The notes under the pieces are model-generated. The model searched no databases. It saw only the letters and a list, made by a program, of their open reading frames with translations, and was not told the DNA's origin. This document shows, in pieces, positions 1 through 10,299 of a DNA stretch of 64,000 bases. Position numbers and translations under genes: made by a program. Position 1 is the first letter of the stretch. Each line of letters starts with the position of its first letter. Location of the stretch: IMG/VR virus record IMGVR_UViG_3300035698_022190, positions 62,001 through 126,000 of that record, one strand, 5' to 3'.

Positions 1-1
1 A

Positions 2-2398
2 ACCATGATTAAAAGTGTTGTTTTAAATCAGGGTGACGGAACTTTGTCTGCAACTGGGGGCACTGTTGGTTATATTACTTGTATAGTCCATAATAATGCT
101 TCAACAGCTATTACGCTAGAATTTCAATTTGATGATAGTATTGGAAACCCAGTTACTGTCGCAGAAACAGTTTCAACTGTTGTTGGGGGAACTGACGGAT
201 CTTCGGGATCTTCTGGCTCAAGTGGGTTGGCTGGAGCAGAGGGTGCAGAAGGAGCTGCAGGCGTGGACGCAAGGACAGTATCTTTAACAACAGACAAGCA
301 AGCTTTTGAATATTTAACAAGTAATGTACTAACTGGGACTACTACATGTACATTGACTGCAACTGCATTAAATACTACAGGAACAGTCTACTATCAATTT
401 TATAAAACACCAAAGGGCGGTGCCGCCAGCTCAGTTCAAAATTCAGCAAGCGCTACATATATATATACAGCTAATAGTTGGTACCCTGATATGCCCGAAA
501 CAATGGAAGTACAAATACGCGAGGGTGCGGTTACTGGACCAATATTAGCGCGTGATTCAATGACTATGATGGCCATTAAACCGGGTACAGATGGCGACGA
601 TGGTCTAGATGGTACAACTGTTTTAGTAACTAACGAAGCCCATTCTTTACCGACGACTAGCGCAGGCGCAGTAACTTATACAGGTTCCAGTACTTATATT
701 AAAGTTTGAATAGGAACTACTGCAATCCCAGTTGATCTTGTATCTAGCTATGCTTCCCCATCATTTAGAGTTACTGCAGCAGGTACAGGTATTACAGCGG
801 GAGGAATCTGACAGGATAGCACTTATGTTGTTGGTGTTGGTAATGCAAGTGCGGTAACCACAAACCCAGCCACAGTAAATTTAACTATAACAGTAAAAGA
901 TGCAGCAGGCACAGAAATTGTATATACCAAAATTCAGTCCCTTTCTCAATCTATTGAGGGTGATACGGGCGGAGCAGGAACTGCGGGCGATCCAGGTACT
1001 AGAGGGTCCTTACATTTTGAGGGCAACACTACAGAGATTTTGTGAACAAACGCCGCAGCAGAAGTAGTTATTGCTGATGCTATTGACGATGGTATTATTA
1101 CCGCAAAACAGAATCTAGATTCAGTTACTTTAAAAAATTCTGGTGTTGGGAGTTGAGACGGTTTTTGGGACACTACACAAAGTCCGGACGATTGAACTGT
1201 AGTTGAATACTATATGAATGGAAGTTTACTTGTGCAAGGAACTGTAACTGCCGCAGCACTAAACGCTGATAGTATTTTTTCAAAAGATTATACTCTAGGT
1301 ACTAATGGCTCTATTAAAACCAGCGGACGCGCTTATGGTGCAGCTTCAGCTGGTATATATTTAGGTAATGCTAGTAGTACGAGTAAATTAGATGTAACAA
1401 GTGCGAGTGGTACAAATTACATGCGCTGAGATGGGGCAAAATTTTCAGTTTATGGCGACGGTATGTGAATAATTGATTCATCGTCGGGACTAGTTGATGG
1501 TCCCATGTTAACTAGACATGTAGGAGATAGTCAAGGAGAGATCTTTACAAGCACTTCTACATCTTATGCTAAAAAAATGCAAGGTTCCTGTATATTAAAT
1601 TCTTTAGATACTAAAATTACTTGCGCTTATAGAGGATATAATTTAACTAATGATGCTGAAGGAAGGGTATGATTTAAAGTTTACTCTATTAACAACACCG
1701 TAACAGGATATAATACTGAGGTTGCAGCTGAAAGTGGTTGATTTGGAAACGGGGAAAGCACTACTAGCTGTTTTGTTGGAAATACACCAATTACTTTAGC
1801 TAGCGGAGAACAAGAATATATTAAATTTATAAAACCTGGAGATCTAGTACTTGGAAAGGATAATCAAATTAATGAAGTACAATCTATTCTAACCCCTACC
1901 CTTGGAACACAAACCTTATATAGAATAAATAAAAGTTTTCCTTTTGTAACAGGAGGACACCCATTTTGAACACAAAACGGCTGAAAAGTTATTGATCTAG
2001 ATGCCTATACAGAACTCCCTAATTTAGATGGACCTGTTACGGAATTTGAGCCTGGAGATTTTTTGCAAAGAGCGTCAGGAATCTTGGCACCGCTTAAGTC
2101 TATCGATTCTGTCCAAGAAGATCCAAACACACAATTATTTCATTTAGACGTTACAAATAATAATACTTATATTGCAAATAATTATGTTGTACATAATAAA
2201 GCAACACAATATCCACGTCACGTACCTGGTGTAATTTCATTATCTTTAAGCTCAAATCAAAAAGGCGCTCTTTGTTATTGAGAAGTATGATTAAAGCATG
2301 CTGGAGGAACTGCAGTTATAAGGGACATATCTATTGATGCAGGAAGACAAGGTTTAGACGAACTAGAAGACCACTACTATCCATTTAATGAGCTATAA
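2..2398 (+). CDS. Tail fibre/virion protein with C-terminal Hint domain; TGA read as Trp; probably 5'-truncated by window edge
   Basis: ORF-track pieces 5..709, 1214..1429 and 2063..2281 share one frame interrupted only by 13 TGAs and end at TAA 2396-2398. Gly/Thr/Ser-rich collagen-like stretches. Hint motifs CFVGNT...GHPF(W)TQNG(W)K...YIANNYVVHNK. Confidence 0.88.
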
Positions 2399-2406
2399 TA
2401 ATAAAG

Positions 2407-2435
2407 TTGCTTTTAAACTGAGAATTACTTATATT
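2407..2435 (+). promoter_or_regulatory. sigma70-type promoter TTGCTT-N17-TATATT
   Basis: Intergenic; the same TTGNNN-17-TATATT pattern occurs at 7 sites in the window. Confidence 0.6.
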
Positions 2436-2460
2436 TAAGAGAACATAAACCAGCTTAAAC

Positions 2461-2679
2461 ATGCCCTACTTAGAAGAACTAAACTCCGAAATTGCAAATG
2501 CAGCCGCAATAAATCAAGAACGTCTTACAGTTATTGAGGATTTAAATAGTAAACTTGATGAAATACGACAGAGTCTCTCTATTACTCAAGAAGCTTATGT
2601 AATTGAGCAGCAACGTATGGAAGGCTTGACAGCCGCTCGTACTCTATATTTAAAAACCAAAGAAAAAGATGGAAATTAA
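2461..2679 (+). CDS. Small coiled-coil hypothetical protein
   Basis: ORF downstream of promoter; heptad pattern. Confidence 0.65.
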   Translation: MPYLEELNSEIANAAAINQERLTVIEDLNSKLDEIRQSLSITQEAYVIEQQRMEGLTAARTLYLKTKEKDGN

Positions 2680-2792
2680 AGATATAGGTCCGTCTTACCG
2701 AAAGGAAAATGAAACCTTTCAGGATTATAAAATTCGTCAAAGAAAAGAAAATAGATTTATTAAACAATATTTAAAAGGAAAGAATATCTGGA

Positions 2793-3554
2793 ATGCCGCG
2801 ATCGCCAATACATATAGAAAGCCTAAAAAACAGATTTAAGAATTTTTCATTTAACAACACTGTAATTTCGGTGTTGTTAGGTGTCATTTTTATTGGCGGT
2901 ATCTATGCTAATTATAAAATAGGGCAGTTACAAACTGATGTAGCACATTTTCAAAATGAAGCTGCGTCCTCTGATACAATACATCAATTAGACTCCACTA
3001 CAATTAGTAAACTGACTTTAGACGTTAGAAATATCACATCAGATAACGGCGAGCTACAAACTTTTATTGACCGTTTACATGGTGAAATAAGAACACAAGC
3101 TGACCTTATAGCTTCTTTAAATGACAGTGTAGCTAATGTTGAGACAGATGCTGACACAATAATTATAGATGGCGACGGACAAGACATCCGTAGATTTAAT
3201 ATAGCTAAGGGGGCTTTTAAGCTTAGAGGCTATTTTCAATTAGATAGTCCATACGAAATAACATTCGACGAAATGGCGGCCAAGATAGCTCTTGAGCTGA
3301 ACATCGTTCAGCTCCGTAATGGCCAGTGGGAAGCCTTCGTCGATACAAAAAACCCAAGTTTGACGGTCACCGATCTCGTAACAAAAGTTAATCCGTACAA
3401 ACCGGCCTGGTGGCAAAAGATTAATCTAAGCGGCGGGGTATATTTGCAAAGCAATCAGCTTGGCTTAATAGGTGGATTCGGGTACAACAAATTCTTAGGA
3501 TTAATTGGCTATGATCCTCGGGGATACATGCTTGGTGTTCAGTATGTCTTTTAA
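2793..3554 (+). CDS. Membrane-anchored coiled-coil protein, possible lysis accessory (spanin-like)
   Basis: N-terminal TM helix, coiled coil, C-terminal beta-strand pattern ending in F; near endolysin. Confidence 0.55.
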   Translation: MPRSPIHIESLKNRFKNFSFNNTVISVLLGVIFIGGIYANYKIGQLQTDVAHFQNEAASSDTIHQLDSTTISKLTLDVRNITSDNGELQTFIDRLHGEIRTQADLIASLNDSVANVETDADTIIIDGDGQDIRRFNIAKGAFKLRGYFQLDSPYEITFDEMAAKIALELNIVQLRNGQWEAFVDTKNPSLTVTDLVTKVNPYKPAWWQKINLSGGVYLQSNQLGLIGGFGYNKFLGLIGYDPRGYMLGVQYVF

Positions 3555-3562
3555 AAAAAACA

Positions 3563-3591
3563 TTGTTTTTTTAACAAATAACCATTATATT
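3563..3591 (+). promoter_or_regulatory. sigma70-type promoter TTGTTT-N17-TATATT upstream of small ORF and suppressor tRNA
   Basis: Matches recurring promoter pattern. Confidence 0.55.
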
Positions 3592-3596
3592 TAATT

Positions 3597-3782
3597 GTGA
3601 CTGATATTAGTATACATATAGACGAAGTCGCTGGTACAAAAAACTTTTCTGTCGAGATTAATGACCATAAACAACAAAAATGTTTTTTACTAGATGACTG
3701 TTATAACTCTTATGAAAGATGCTTAGAGGCAGCCATGGATTATATAAAGATAATGAAAATAAATATACAAACAAATGAATAA
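3597..3782 (+). CDS. Small hypothetical protein
   Basis: GTG-start ORF 5 nt after -10 box (leaderless). Confidence 0.5.
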   Translation: MTDISIHIDEVAGTKNFSVEINDHKQQKCFLLDDCYNSYERCLEAAMDYIKIMKINIQTNE

Positions 3783-3785
3783 TTT

Positions 3786-3883
3786 AGGCCCTAGGTGTCA
3801 GATGGGTGACAGTGAGTCTTCAAAACTTTTCCCCCTTGTGTCCAAAGCAAGGTGCGTGGGTTCAATTCCTACAGGGCCTGCCA
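3786..3883 (+). tRNA. Opal suppressor tRNA (anticodon UCA), probably Trp-accepting
   Basis: Acceptor AGGCCCT/AGGGCCT-G-CCA, loop CTTCAAA (TCA at 3820-3822), T-arm GTGGG-TTCAATT-CCTAC, long variable arm. Confidence 0.85.
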
Positions 3884-3900
3884 ATTAACCAAATAGAATC

Positions 3901-4503
3901 ATGTGGAATTTTATACAAAAGATAATAGATGCTTTACTTCGTAAACCCGTTCAGGTACTTGATCCTGTCGAGACAGCTTTTCAGATAATTAATATTACTG
4001 ATCAACTTCCTTGGCACCCAACACGTAAATGGGCAAAAAGGGGTTTATCACAGATACGAAAAGTGGTAGTGCACCAAGCCTATTGTTCTTATACGCGAAC
4101 AACACTACAAGGCATAAATAAATATCATATTACCCCTGGCCCAAATAATCATTTATCTCCAAACGGTGCTCCGCATATTGCGTATCATTATGGAATTATA
4201 GGTGACGGAACAGTATATCAAACAAATTATCTTAGTAATTCAACCTGGCATTCTGCCGGGCATAACACTGCCAGTATTGGCATATTAGTGTTAGGAGATT
4301 TCCATGGTCCCACGAGAGTAGGTGCAGATAAGCATCCTACCCGTAATCAACTACTTAGTCTAGAGAAACTATTAAATTATTTAGTAGAAGATGCTCAGAT
4401 AAGTATTACAAGCCACGACATTTTTGGTCACGCCAACTTTGGTAAAATAAACTGTCCTGGCACTGCAATAACACGCTTTCTCGATGAATACAGGAGAACC
4501 TAA
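3901..4503 (+). CDS. N-acetylmuramoyl-L-alanine amidase (Amidase_2/PGRP-like endolysin)
   Basis: VVVHQ, IAYHY, WHSAGHN..SIGI, GH....KINCPG motifs. Confidence 0.9.
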   Translation: MWNFIQKIIDALLRKPVQVLDPVETAFQIINITDQLPWHPTRKWAKRGLSQIRKVVVHQAYCSYTRTTLQGINKYHITPGPNNHLSPNGAPHIAYHYGIIGDGTVYQTNYLSNSTWHSAGHNTASIGILVLGDFHGPTRVGADKHPTRNQLLSLEKLLNYLVEDAQISITSHDIFGHANFGKINCPGTAITRFLDEYRRT

Positions 4504-5585
4504 TGAGAAAAATAACAAACATGAGTCTAGATGTTGTAGACCATATAATGAATGATAATCTCGTAAAGTTAGCGGAGCTTGTAGAGCCCTTATCGGATGA
4601 AGCTAAAATTGCTTATGTGCCGTCTTATGAAGAACAGCAAGCAGCAAATGAAAAAGATTTCGCTCTTGTTCTGTGAGACCCTAAAGACGGGACAATCCAT
4701 AAATATGCTCTTTACACATCCGAATTAGCGGAACTCAACCTAGCTTTCTTAGCAGATCAAAAAGACAATTTACCAGAAGAAGTAATTAAAATAGCTGCTG
4801 CAAACTTAACTGCCGCTGCAAAAAATTATGACCTTCCTGTACCTGAAGTCTTAAAAGATTATGCATCAGATAAATATATATACAATGTGCTAGATACACG
4901 TAAAATCAGCGAGGTTGGTTTTATAAATAAAACGGCTGCGGTCGTTGAACATAAAAGTTTTGCTTGGGAAGCGGAAAAGAAATACCCGCTTCATGACAGG
5001 CTAAATATAAAGAAAGCTGCTGCTTTCTTTGAAAAAAACCATTATAAAATGGCTATCGCCAAAAAATCAGAGTTTTGTCAAAATGTTATAGAAGCAGCAG
5101 AGGAACAAAACGTACCACTTGACAAGACAGCAATTCATAAATATGCTAGTTTTGACACTATAATTAATCCTGACTTTGTGGACCACATGAAGGTACGCTT
5201 AAGTTATTTAAAAGATAATAAATCAGAGCAGCCACACAAAGATTCTTACAATGAGCTTATTAAACGTGCAGACACAAAACATCAACAACCTGTTGAAGAG
5301 TTAATGCGCAACGTAGAGGAAGCTGACATTGCTTCTGGCTTATTTAATACCTATGGTAAAGGCGTCGCTGATCCATATGAAACTACACTCTCTGTAATTA
5401 AAGTTGCAGAAAGAACAGTGGACGGGATGACAGTATCTTTAGAGCAACTTCGTAATATTCCAGACGGAGAGCTTACATCTCTGATAGGTAATGGCGGAAT
5501 ATCCGAACTAAAGGCTGAAAATGGTCTTGATGTTTTTGAAGCTTTACCCAGACCGGTAAGACAGGATATTTCAAACTTATTCTAA
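4503..5585 (+). CDS. Hypothetical virion/head protein; one TGA (4674) read as Trp
   Basis: ATG at 4503 overlaps the amidase stop and is in frame with 4887..5585; only TGA interrupts; repeated K-x-A motifs. Confidence 0.75.
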
Positions 5586-5586
5586 A

Positions 5587-5937
5587 ATGCTAAGTAATAT
5601 ATTAAATATTTTACAAGAGTCCTATAAAATAGAAAGCTGGGTTTTATTGGGAATGCTTGCGGTATATTTAGTATTTTATGGATTTAGAACTTTTAAGCGT
5701 TGTGTAAATGATGCTTTTAATCCTTCAAATTCTGGGGAAAAACATTTTTTTGCTTTGGATCCTCGGGATGAAATTGAAAAAGGAAAAAAAATAGATAGAA
5801 CAGAAATTCCTATTGAAGAAACTAAAACCTTTACAAAAACAAAGGCAACTAAAAGTAATATGCCTTCACAAAAAATAGATAGTAAAGTTAATACAAAACA
5901 AGATTTAAATAAATTAAGAGAAATCAAGAATAAATAA
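5587..5937 (+). CDS. Membrane protein, hypothetical
   Basis: N-terminal TM helix; tight gene packing. Confidence 0.7.
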   Translation: MLSNILNILQESYKIESWVLLGMLAVYLVFYGFRTFKRCVNDAFNPSNSGEKHFFALDPRDEIEKGKKIDRTEIPIEETKTFTKTKATKSNMPSQKIDSKVNTKQDLNKLREIKNK

Positions 5938-5938
5938 T

Positions 5939-6925
5939 ATGAAAGGATTAGATGTAGGAACAGGAAATTTTGTCTTATCAGATGATAGCGGTGTATATTT
6001 ACAACGCAATGCTTTTTTAAGTTTAGATAAAGGAACTGCTTCTTTACGACAGTTAAAAATACTCGGGGTGCCTTATATTGAGGTAGATGGTCGGATACAT
6101 ATTGTAGGACAGAAAGCTTATGAATATGCACAAGTCTTTAATACCACAGATTTAAGACGCCCTATGTCCAACGGATTGCTGAATCCATCAGAACAAGACG
6201 CCCTACCCGTTTTAAAAGTAATTATAGAAGAGCTCGTAAAACAATCTACAGCACCTGTTGACAATGAATTAATTGTGTATAGTGTGCCGGGACATCCTTT
6301 AGACCAAGACCGTGAAGTAGATTATCACGAGGATGTATTAGGACAAATAATAGAAAGTTTAGGTTTTAAAGCAAAATCATTAAATGAGGGAGTAGCCTTA
6401 GGGACTGCCGGATTAATTGATGACCAGCTTACTGGTATTGCAATTTCTATGGGGGCAGGAATGTGTAATATAGCTATTATGTATGCTGGTATGTCAGCAC
6501 TTCAATTTAGTGTTGCTAAAGGCGGGGACTGGATAGACCAGCAAATAAGTACTGAAACAGGTGTATCCAAGGCACAAGCACAGTTTGCAAAAGAGTCAGG
6601 AGATTACACAATTGATCCTGGATCAACAGAGCCCAGAAATAGGGCCCAACAAGCAGTTAAAACTTACTACGAATCTTTAATTAGATACCTTTTAGTAAAT
6701 ATAGAAAAACAATTTACAAGCAACAGCATGCCAACCTTTCCAAATCCAGTGCCTATAGTTGTGGGCGGGGGAACAGCCATGGTTAATGGGTTTTTAGAAG
6801 TATTTAAGGAGCAGTTTACACATAAGGAATTTCCTTTGAATATTAGTGAGATAGTTTTGGTTAAGGAACCTTTAACAGCTGTGGCGCGGGGATGTTATCT
6901 AGACGCCCAATTAGAGGAAGGATAA
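5939..6925 (+). CDS. Actin-fold ATPase (MreB/ParM/MamK-like)
   Basis: GLDVGT phosphate-1, ISMGAG phosphate-2, VVGGGTAM adenosine motif, EPLTAVARG. Confidence 0.85.
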   Translation: MKGLDVGTGNFVLSDDSGVYLQRNAFLSLDKGTASLRQLKILGVPYIEVDGRIHIVGQKAYEYAQVFNTTDLRRPMSNGLLNPSEQDALPVLKVIIEELVKQSTAPVDNELIVYSVPGHPLDQDREVDYHEDVLGQIIESLGFKAKSLNEGVALGTAGLIDDQLTGIAISMGAGMCNIAIMYAGMSALQFSVAKGGDWIDQQISTETGVSKAQAQFAKESGDYTIDPGSTEPRNRAQQAVKTYYESLIRYLLVNIEKQFTSNSMPTFPNPVPIVVGGGTAMVNGFLEVFKEQFTHKEFPLNISEIVLVKEPLTAVARGCYLDAQLEEG

Positions 6926-7537
6926 ATGAGCAAAGCCATATATATAATGGAAAAAAATAGCAAGCTTGGTATTTCAATAGGAGCACTTAAAGACTACCCT
7001 AAGGTGTGGCAAAAGCCAGACCCAAACCAAACAACTTTTGATAAATTAAAGCAAACCAATCAAATGCATTCTCCTAAAAAACGTTTAACAGATTTACAAT
7101 TGACACGTCTAGCGCGTAAACAAGATGTTAAACAATATAGACAAGCTAAACTGTTTAAGAACATGGGCACTAAAGCCGGCAATGTGGTAGAAAAAAGTAT
7201 GAAGCTTATTAAATTTGCTGAAAAAAAGAAACCTTATATGTCCTCAGCAGCTCAAGGACTTACAGCGGGAGGGTCCGCAGCCATGGTGGCTACAACAACA
7301 ATGTTTCCTATGGACACTTTTACTACTGGACGACAATCAAAAATGGTTGCCGATCTGGCTGCAGAAGGGTATACATTATCAGCTAAAACTTTCATTAATA
7401 ATCCAAAACTAATACCCAGACTATATCGGGGCCTTCCTCATAAGTTAGGAAAAACTGTTCCAGGAATGGCACTAACTTTTGCAACTTATGAAGGTGTAAA
7501 AAAATTGTTGGACAAAAAATTTACAAGCGAAAAATAA
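6926..7537 (+). CDS. Protein with a single mitochondrial-carrier (SLC25)-like repeat
   Basis: AGGSAAMVATTTMFPMDTF...LYRGL...KTVPGMALTFATYEGVKKLL resembles the Mito_carr repeat signature. Confidence 0.6.
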   Translation: MSKAIYIMEKNSKLGISIGALKDYPKVWQKPDPNQTTFDKLKQTNQMHSPKKRLTDLQLTRLARKQDVKQYRQAKLFKNMGTKAGNVVEKSMKLIKFAEKKKPYMSSAAQGLTAGGSAAMVATTTMFPMDTFTTGRQSKMVADLAAEGYTLSAKTFINNPKLIPRLYRGLPHKLGKTVPGMALTFATYEGVKKLLDKKFTSEK

Positions 7538-7538
7538 A

Positions 7539-8021
7539 ATGGATTTTCAAGATATAATAAAAAGTAAAGAAATTTACGAACCAGAAACACTAGAGATGTT
7601 GTTTCCACAATTGACCTCTCTAGACAGACAAAAGATACAAGTCTTATGGCTACTGCAGAACACCCGTTCGGCCTATGAAGATTTAGATGTCTTTGAAAAT
7701 GTCGTTCTAATTTTAAATGATATTGAGCCTGATCCTATAAAAATGGAAGGATCTACGCCTGAATTTATTTGGAAAGCGTTGGACATGGTTGCAAAAATAC
7801 ATAAAGATGTGGAGCTATCAGATGAAGTGCAAGCATATATTAAGTATATTTTTGATGATCATGGATACAACTTTTATCCGCCTACTTCAGGTTTAGACCA
7901 AACCCCATTGTATGATAGAGTCAAACGGACAGCAGATACCGGCCCATTTCCTTTAAAAGAAGATGCCTTTGGAATACAAGTTATACGATATTTACGTATA
8001 ATGAAATACATCAATAAATAA
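7539..8021 (+). CDS. Hypothetical protein
   Basis: Intact ORF in tight operon. Confidence 0.75.
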   Translation: MDFQDIIKSKEIYEPETLEMLFPQLTSLDRQKIQVLWLLQNTRSAYEDLDVFENVVLILNDIEPDPIKMEGSTPEFIWKALDMVAKIHKDVELSDEVQAYIKYIFDDHGYNFYPPTSGLDQTPLYDRVKRTADTGPFPLKEDAFGIQVIRYLRIMKYINK

Positions 8022-8035
8022 ACGGAGAGTTATAC

Positions 8036-9910
8036 ATGCCTGTCAGAAACGTGACTGAGGCAGATCTAGAACAGATTACGAGTAAAAAATACCCTAATCC
8101 GTTTTTTGATTTAGCCAACAATTACATTCCTAAAAATATTAAAACCCTTTTTAAGTTTTGTAGAGCCTATTTTTATACAAATGGTTTTCTACGAAACGTT
8201 GTTACTAAACTTACTGAGTATCCTATAACAGACATTTTATATGGCACCATTGATCCTGCCGCAAAAGAAAAATATGATGTAGCTTTATATGAAAAATTAC
8301 ACATTAGAAAATTTCTAATTGAAATTGGGCTTGATTATTTTACTTTCGGCAATGCTTTTGTATCCTTTAATATGCGATTTAAAAGATTTTTAAGATGTAA
8401 AAATTGTAACCATACCTTAACTATTGATGAAGCTTCTTTTAAAATGAGAAATTTTGAGCTTGAGTTAAAATCCTGTCCTAAGTGTCAAATGAAAAATGCA
8501 CCCACGGAAATAGAAGACCAAGAGATTAAATCAATAGACTCTTTTAATTTAGTAAAGTGGGATCCAGTAAATTTAGATATTGATTATAATCCATTAACAG
8601 GATCATCTACATATTATTATAACATCCCAGGTAAAATAAGACAAAAGATTATGGCTGGGGATAAAAAAACTATAAAGGAAGTACCAAAAGTTTTTCTAGA
8701 AGCTATAAAAAAGAAGAAAAAAATTGAACTAAATGCAGACAATATTTTCCATTTTAAACGTCCCACTCTTGCCGAAGATGATATGGGATGGGGTAAACCA
8801 ATTATATTGCCAGCATTAAAAGAATTATATTATTTAGCAACATTACGAAGAGGTAATGAAGCGATAGCTAATGAACACATTGTGCCTAAAAAAGCGGTGT
8901 TTCCAGCTAATACAACTACTATGGATCCGTTCACTCAAATGAATTTAGGTAAATGGTCCGGACAAATTCACAACCAAATAAAGAAGTGGAAGGCGGACCC
9001 TAATCATATTGGGGTGTTCCCCATACCTATTGGTTATCAAGAATTAGGTGGAAACGCTCGAACTTTACTATTAACACCGGAAATGAAGTTTATTGAAGAA
9101 TCTGTTATTAATAGTTTAGGAGTACCTTTAGAGTTTATTAAGGGCGGAACATCCTGGACAGGTTCTAGTATTTCATTAAGAATTGTTGAAAATCATTTCT
9201 TAGTTTATCGTGGGTTATTGGCCGACTTTTTAAACTTCTTTGTAATAAAAAAATTATCAGCCCTTTTGTCTTATCCACCCGTTAAGGTTCACTTTAAAGA
9301 TTTAAGAATGACAGATGATACAGAATCAAAACAATTGGCTATAAATTTAAATGCCGGCAATAAAATTTCTGATCATACTTTATTATCTCAATTAGGATAT
9401 GATCCGGAACATGAGGAATTTGCTAAAAAACAAAGTTTTGCTGATGCTCTAGCAGCTGAGATTGAAACACAAGAAACCCAAGCTGAGGCACAAGGTAAGG
9501 CACAAGTTATATTAGCTAGATATAATACTAGGGCCACAAAAGCTGCAGAAGACGAAGTATTTAGATTAAGAGCTGAGTTATTCCAAGATGAATTAAACAG
9601 AGAATTGGGGGCAATCCCTGAGGATCCAATGAAGTTAATTGAACGGTACGCAGTAATGATGTTAAGTATGCCGGAAGCTCAAGCTAAAAAGGAACTACAG
9701 CAATTAGCAATTAAATTGCCTACAACTTATACTCTTGTAAATGAGAGAATCCAAATGATGATGATGGCTAGTATGGAGGGCGAAGAAGAAATGGAAACAG
9801 TAAAATCTTCTGAAGCTCCAAACCAAAAAAAAGTCGGAACCCGTGAAGGGGATAAAGTAAAAATAAAAGGTGAGCGCCACAAAGGCTCCACTAAAGGACA
9901 ACCAAATTAG
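8036..9910 (+). CDS. Putative portal protein with Zn-ribbon insertion
   Basis: Portal-like motifs (DYFTFGNAF, IFHFKRP..GWGKPIILPAL, INSLGVPLEFI..G), CxxC..CxxC, size and context. Confidence 0.7.
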   Translation: MPVRNVTEADLEQITSKKYPNPFFDLANNYIPKNIKTLFKFCRAYFYTNGFLRNVVTKLTEYPITDILYGTIDPAAKEKYDVALYEKLHIRKFLIEIGLDYFTFGNAFVSFNMRFKRFLRCKNCNHTLTIDEASFKMRNFELELKSCPKCQMKNAPTEIEDQEIKSIDSFNLVKWDPVNLDIDYNPLTGSSTYYYNIPGKIRQKIMAGDKKTIKEVPKVFLEAIKKKKKIELNADNIFHFKRPTLAEDDMGWGKPIILPALKELYYLATLRRGNEAIANEHIVPKKAVFPANTTTMDPFTQMNLGKWSGQIHNQIKKWKADPNHIGVFPIPIGYQELGGNARTLLLTPEMKFIEESVINSLGVPLEFIKGGTSWTGSSISLRIVENHFLVYRGLLADFLNFFVIKKLSALLSYPPVKVHFKDLRMTDDTESKQLAINLNAGNKISDHTLLSQLGYDPEHEEFAKKQSFADALAAEIETQETQAEAQGKAQVILARYNTRATKAAEDEVFRLRAELFQDELNRELGAIPEDPMKLIERYAVMMLSMPEAQAKKELQQLAIKLPTTYTLVNERIQMMMMASMEGEEEMETVKSSEAPNQKKVGTREGDKVKIKGERHKGSTKGQPN

Positions 9911-9920
9911 GAGAATAATT

Positions 9921-10088
9921 ATGGAAAAATATGGAACATATAAAATCTATAAAAACACCACCACCGGTGAAATTCTTCGAGTTGCTTTTAATCCTGAAAC
10001 AGATGAAATGTCAGAAGACTTTCAAAAAATAGCAGAAGATTTATCGCAATGGGAAGAACTAGATAACGATCCAGAAGATAAAAAATAA
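9921..10088 (+). CDS. Small hypothetical protein
   Basis: AGGAG RBS before ATG 9921. Confidence 0.65.
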   Translation: MEKYGTYKIYKNTTTGEILRVAFNPETDEMSEDFQKIAEDLSQWEELDNDPEDKK

Positions 10089-10267
10089 TGAATTTTGATG
10101 ATAAAATTACTGAGGTGCGAATATTTCATTTGAATGAGGAATATGAAAAAGTTCAGTATGAAGAGATTCTAAATGAGCCCACATATGAAATATACAGGGA
10201 TGTATTTACATATGATAGGGCAGGACGAGCAATCGTTACTATATGATTTTATAAAGATGAGGATTAA
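10088..10267 (+). CDS. Small acidic protein; TGA 10244 read as Trp
   Basis: ATG overlaps the previous stop; readthrough ends at TAA just before the terminator. Confidence 0.6.
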
Positions 10268-10268
10268 A

Positions 10269-10298
10269 GAAAAAGGCCAGTAAATACTGGCCTTTTTT
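10269..10298. terminator. Bidirectional intrinsic terminator
   Basis: AAAAAGGCCAGTA-A-ATACTGGCCTTTTTT between convergent genes. Confidence 0.85.
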
Positions 10299-10299
10299 A

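Noticed and set aside
3786-3883. tRNA-Sec
   Set aside because: Acceptor stem is 7 bp with Trp identity elements, TGAs align with Trp motif positions, and no sel genes are seen; not fully excluded.
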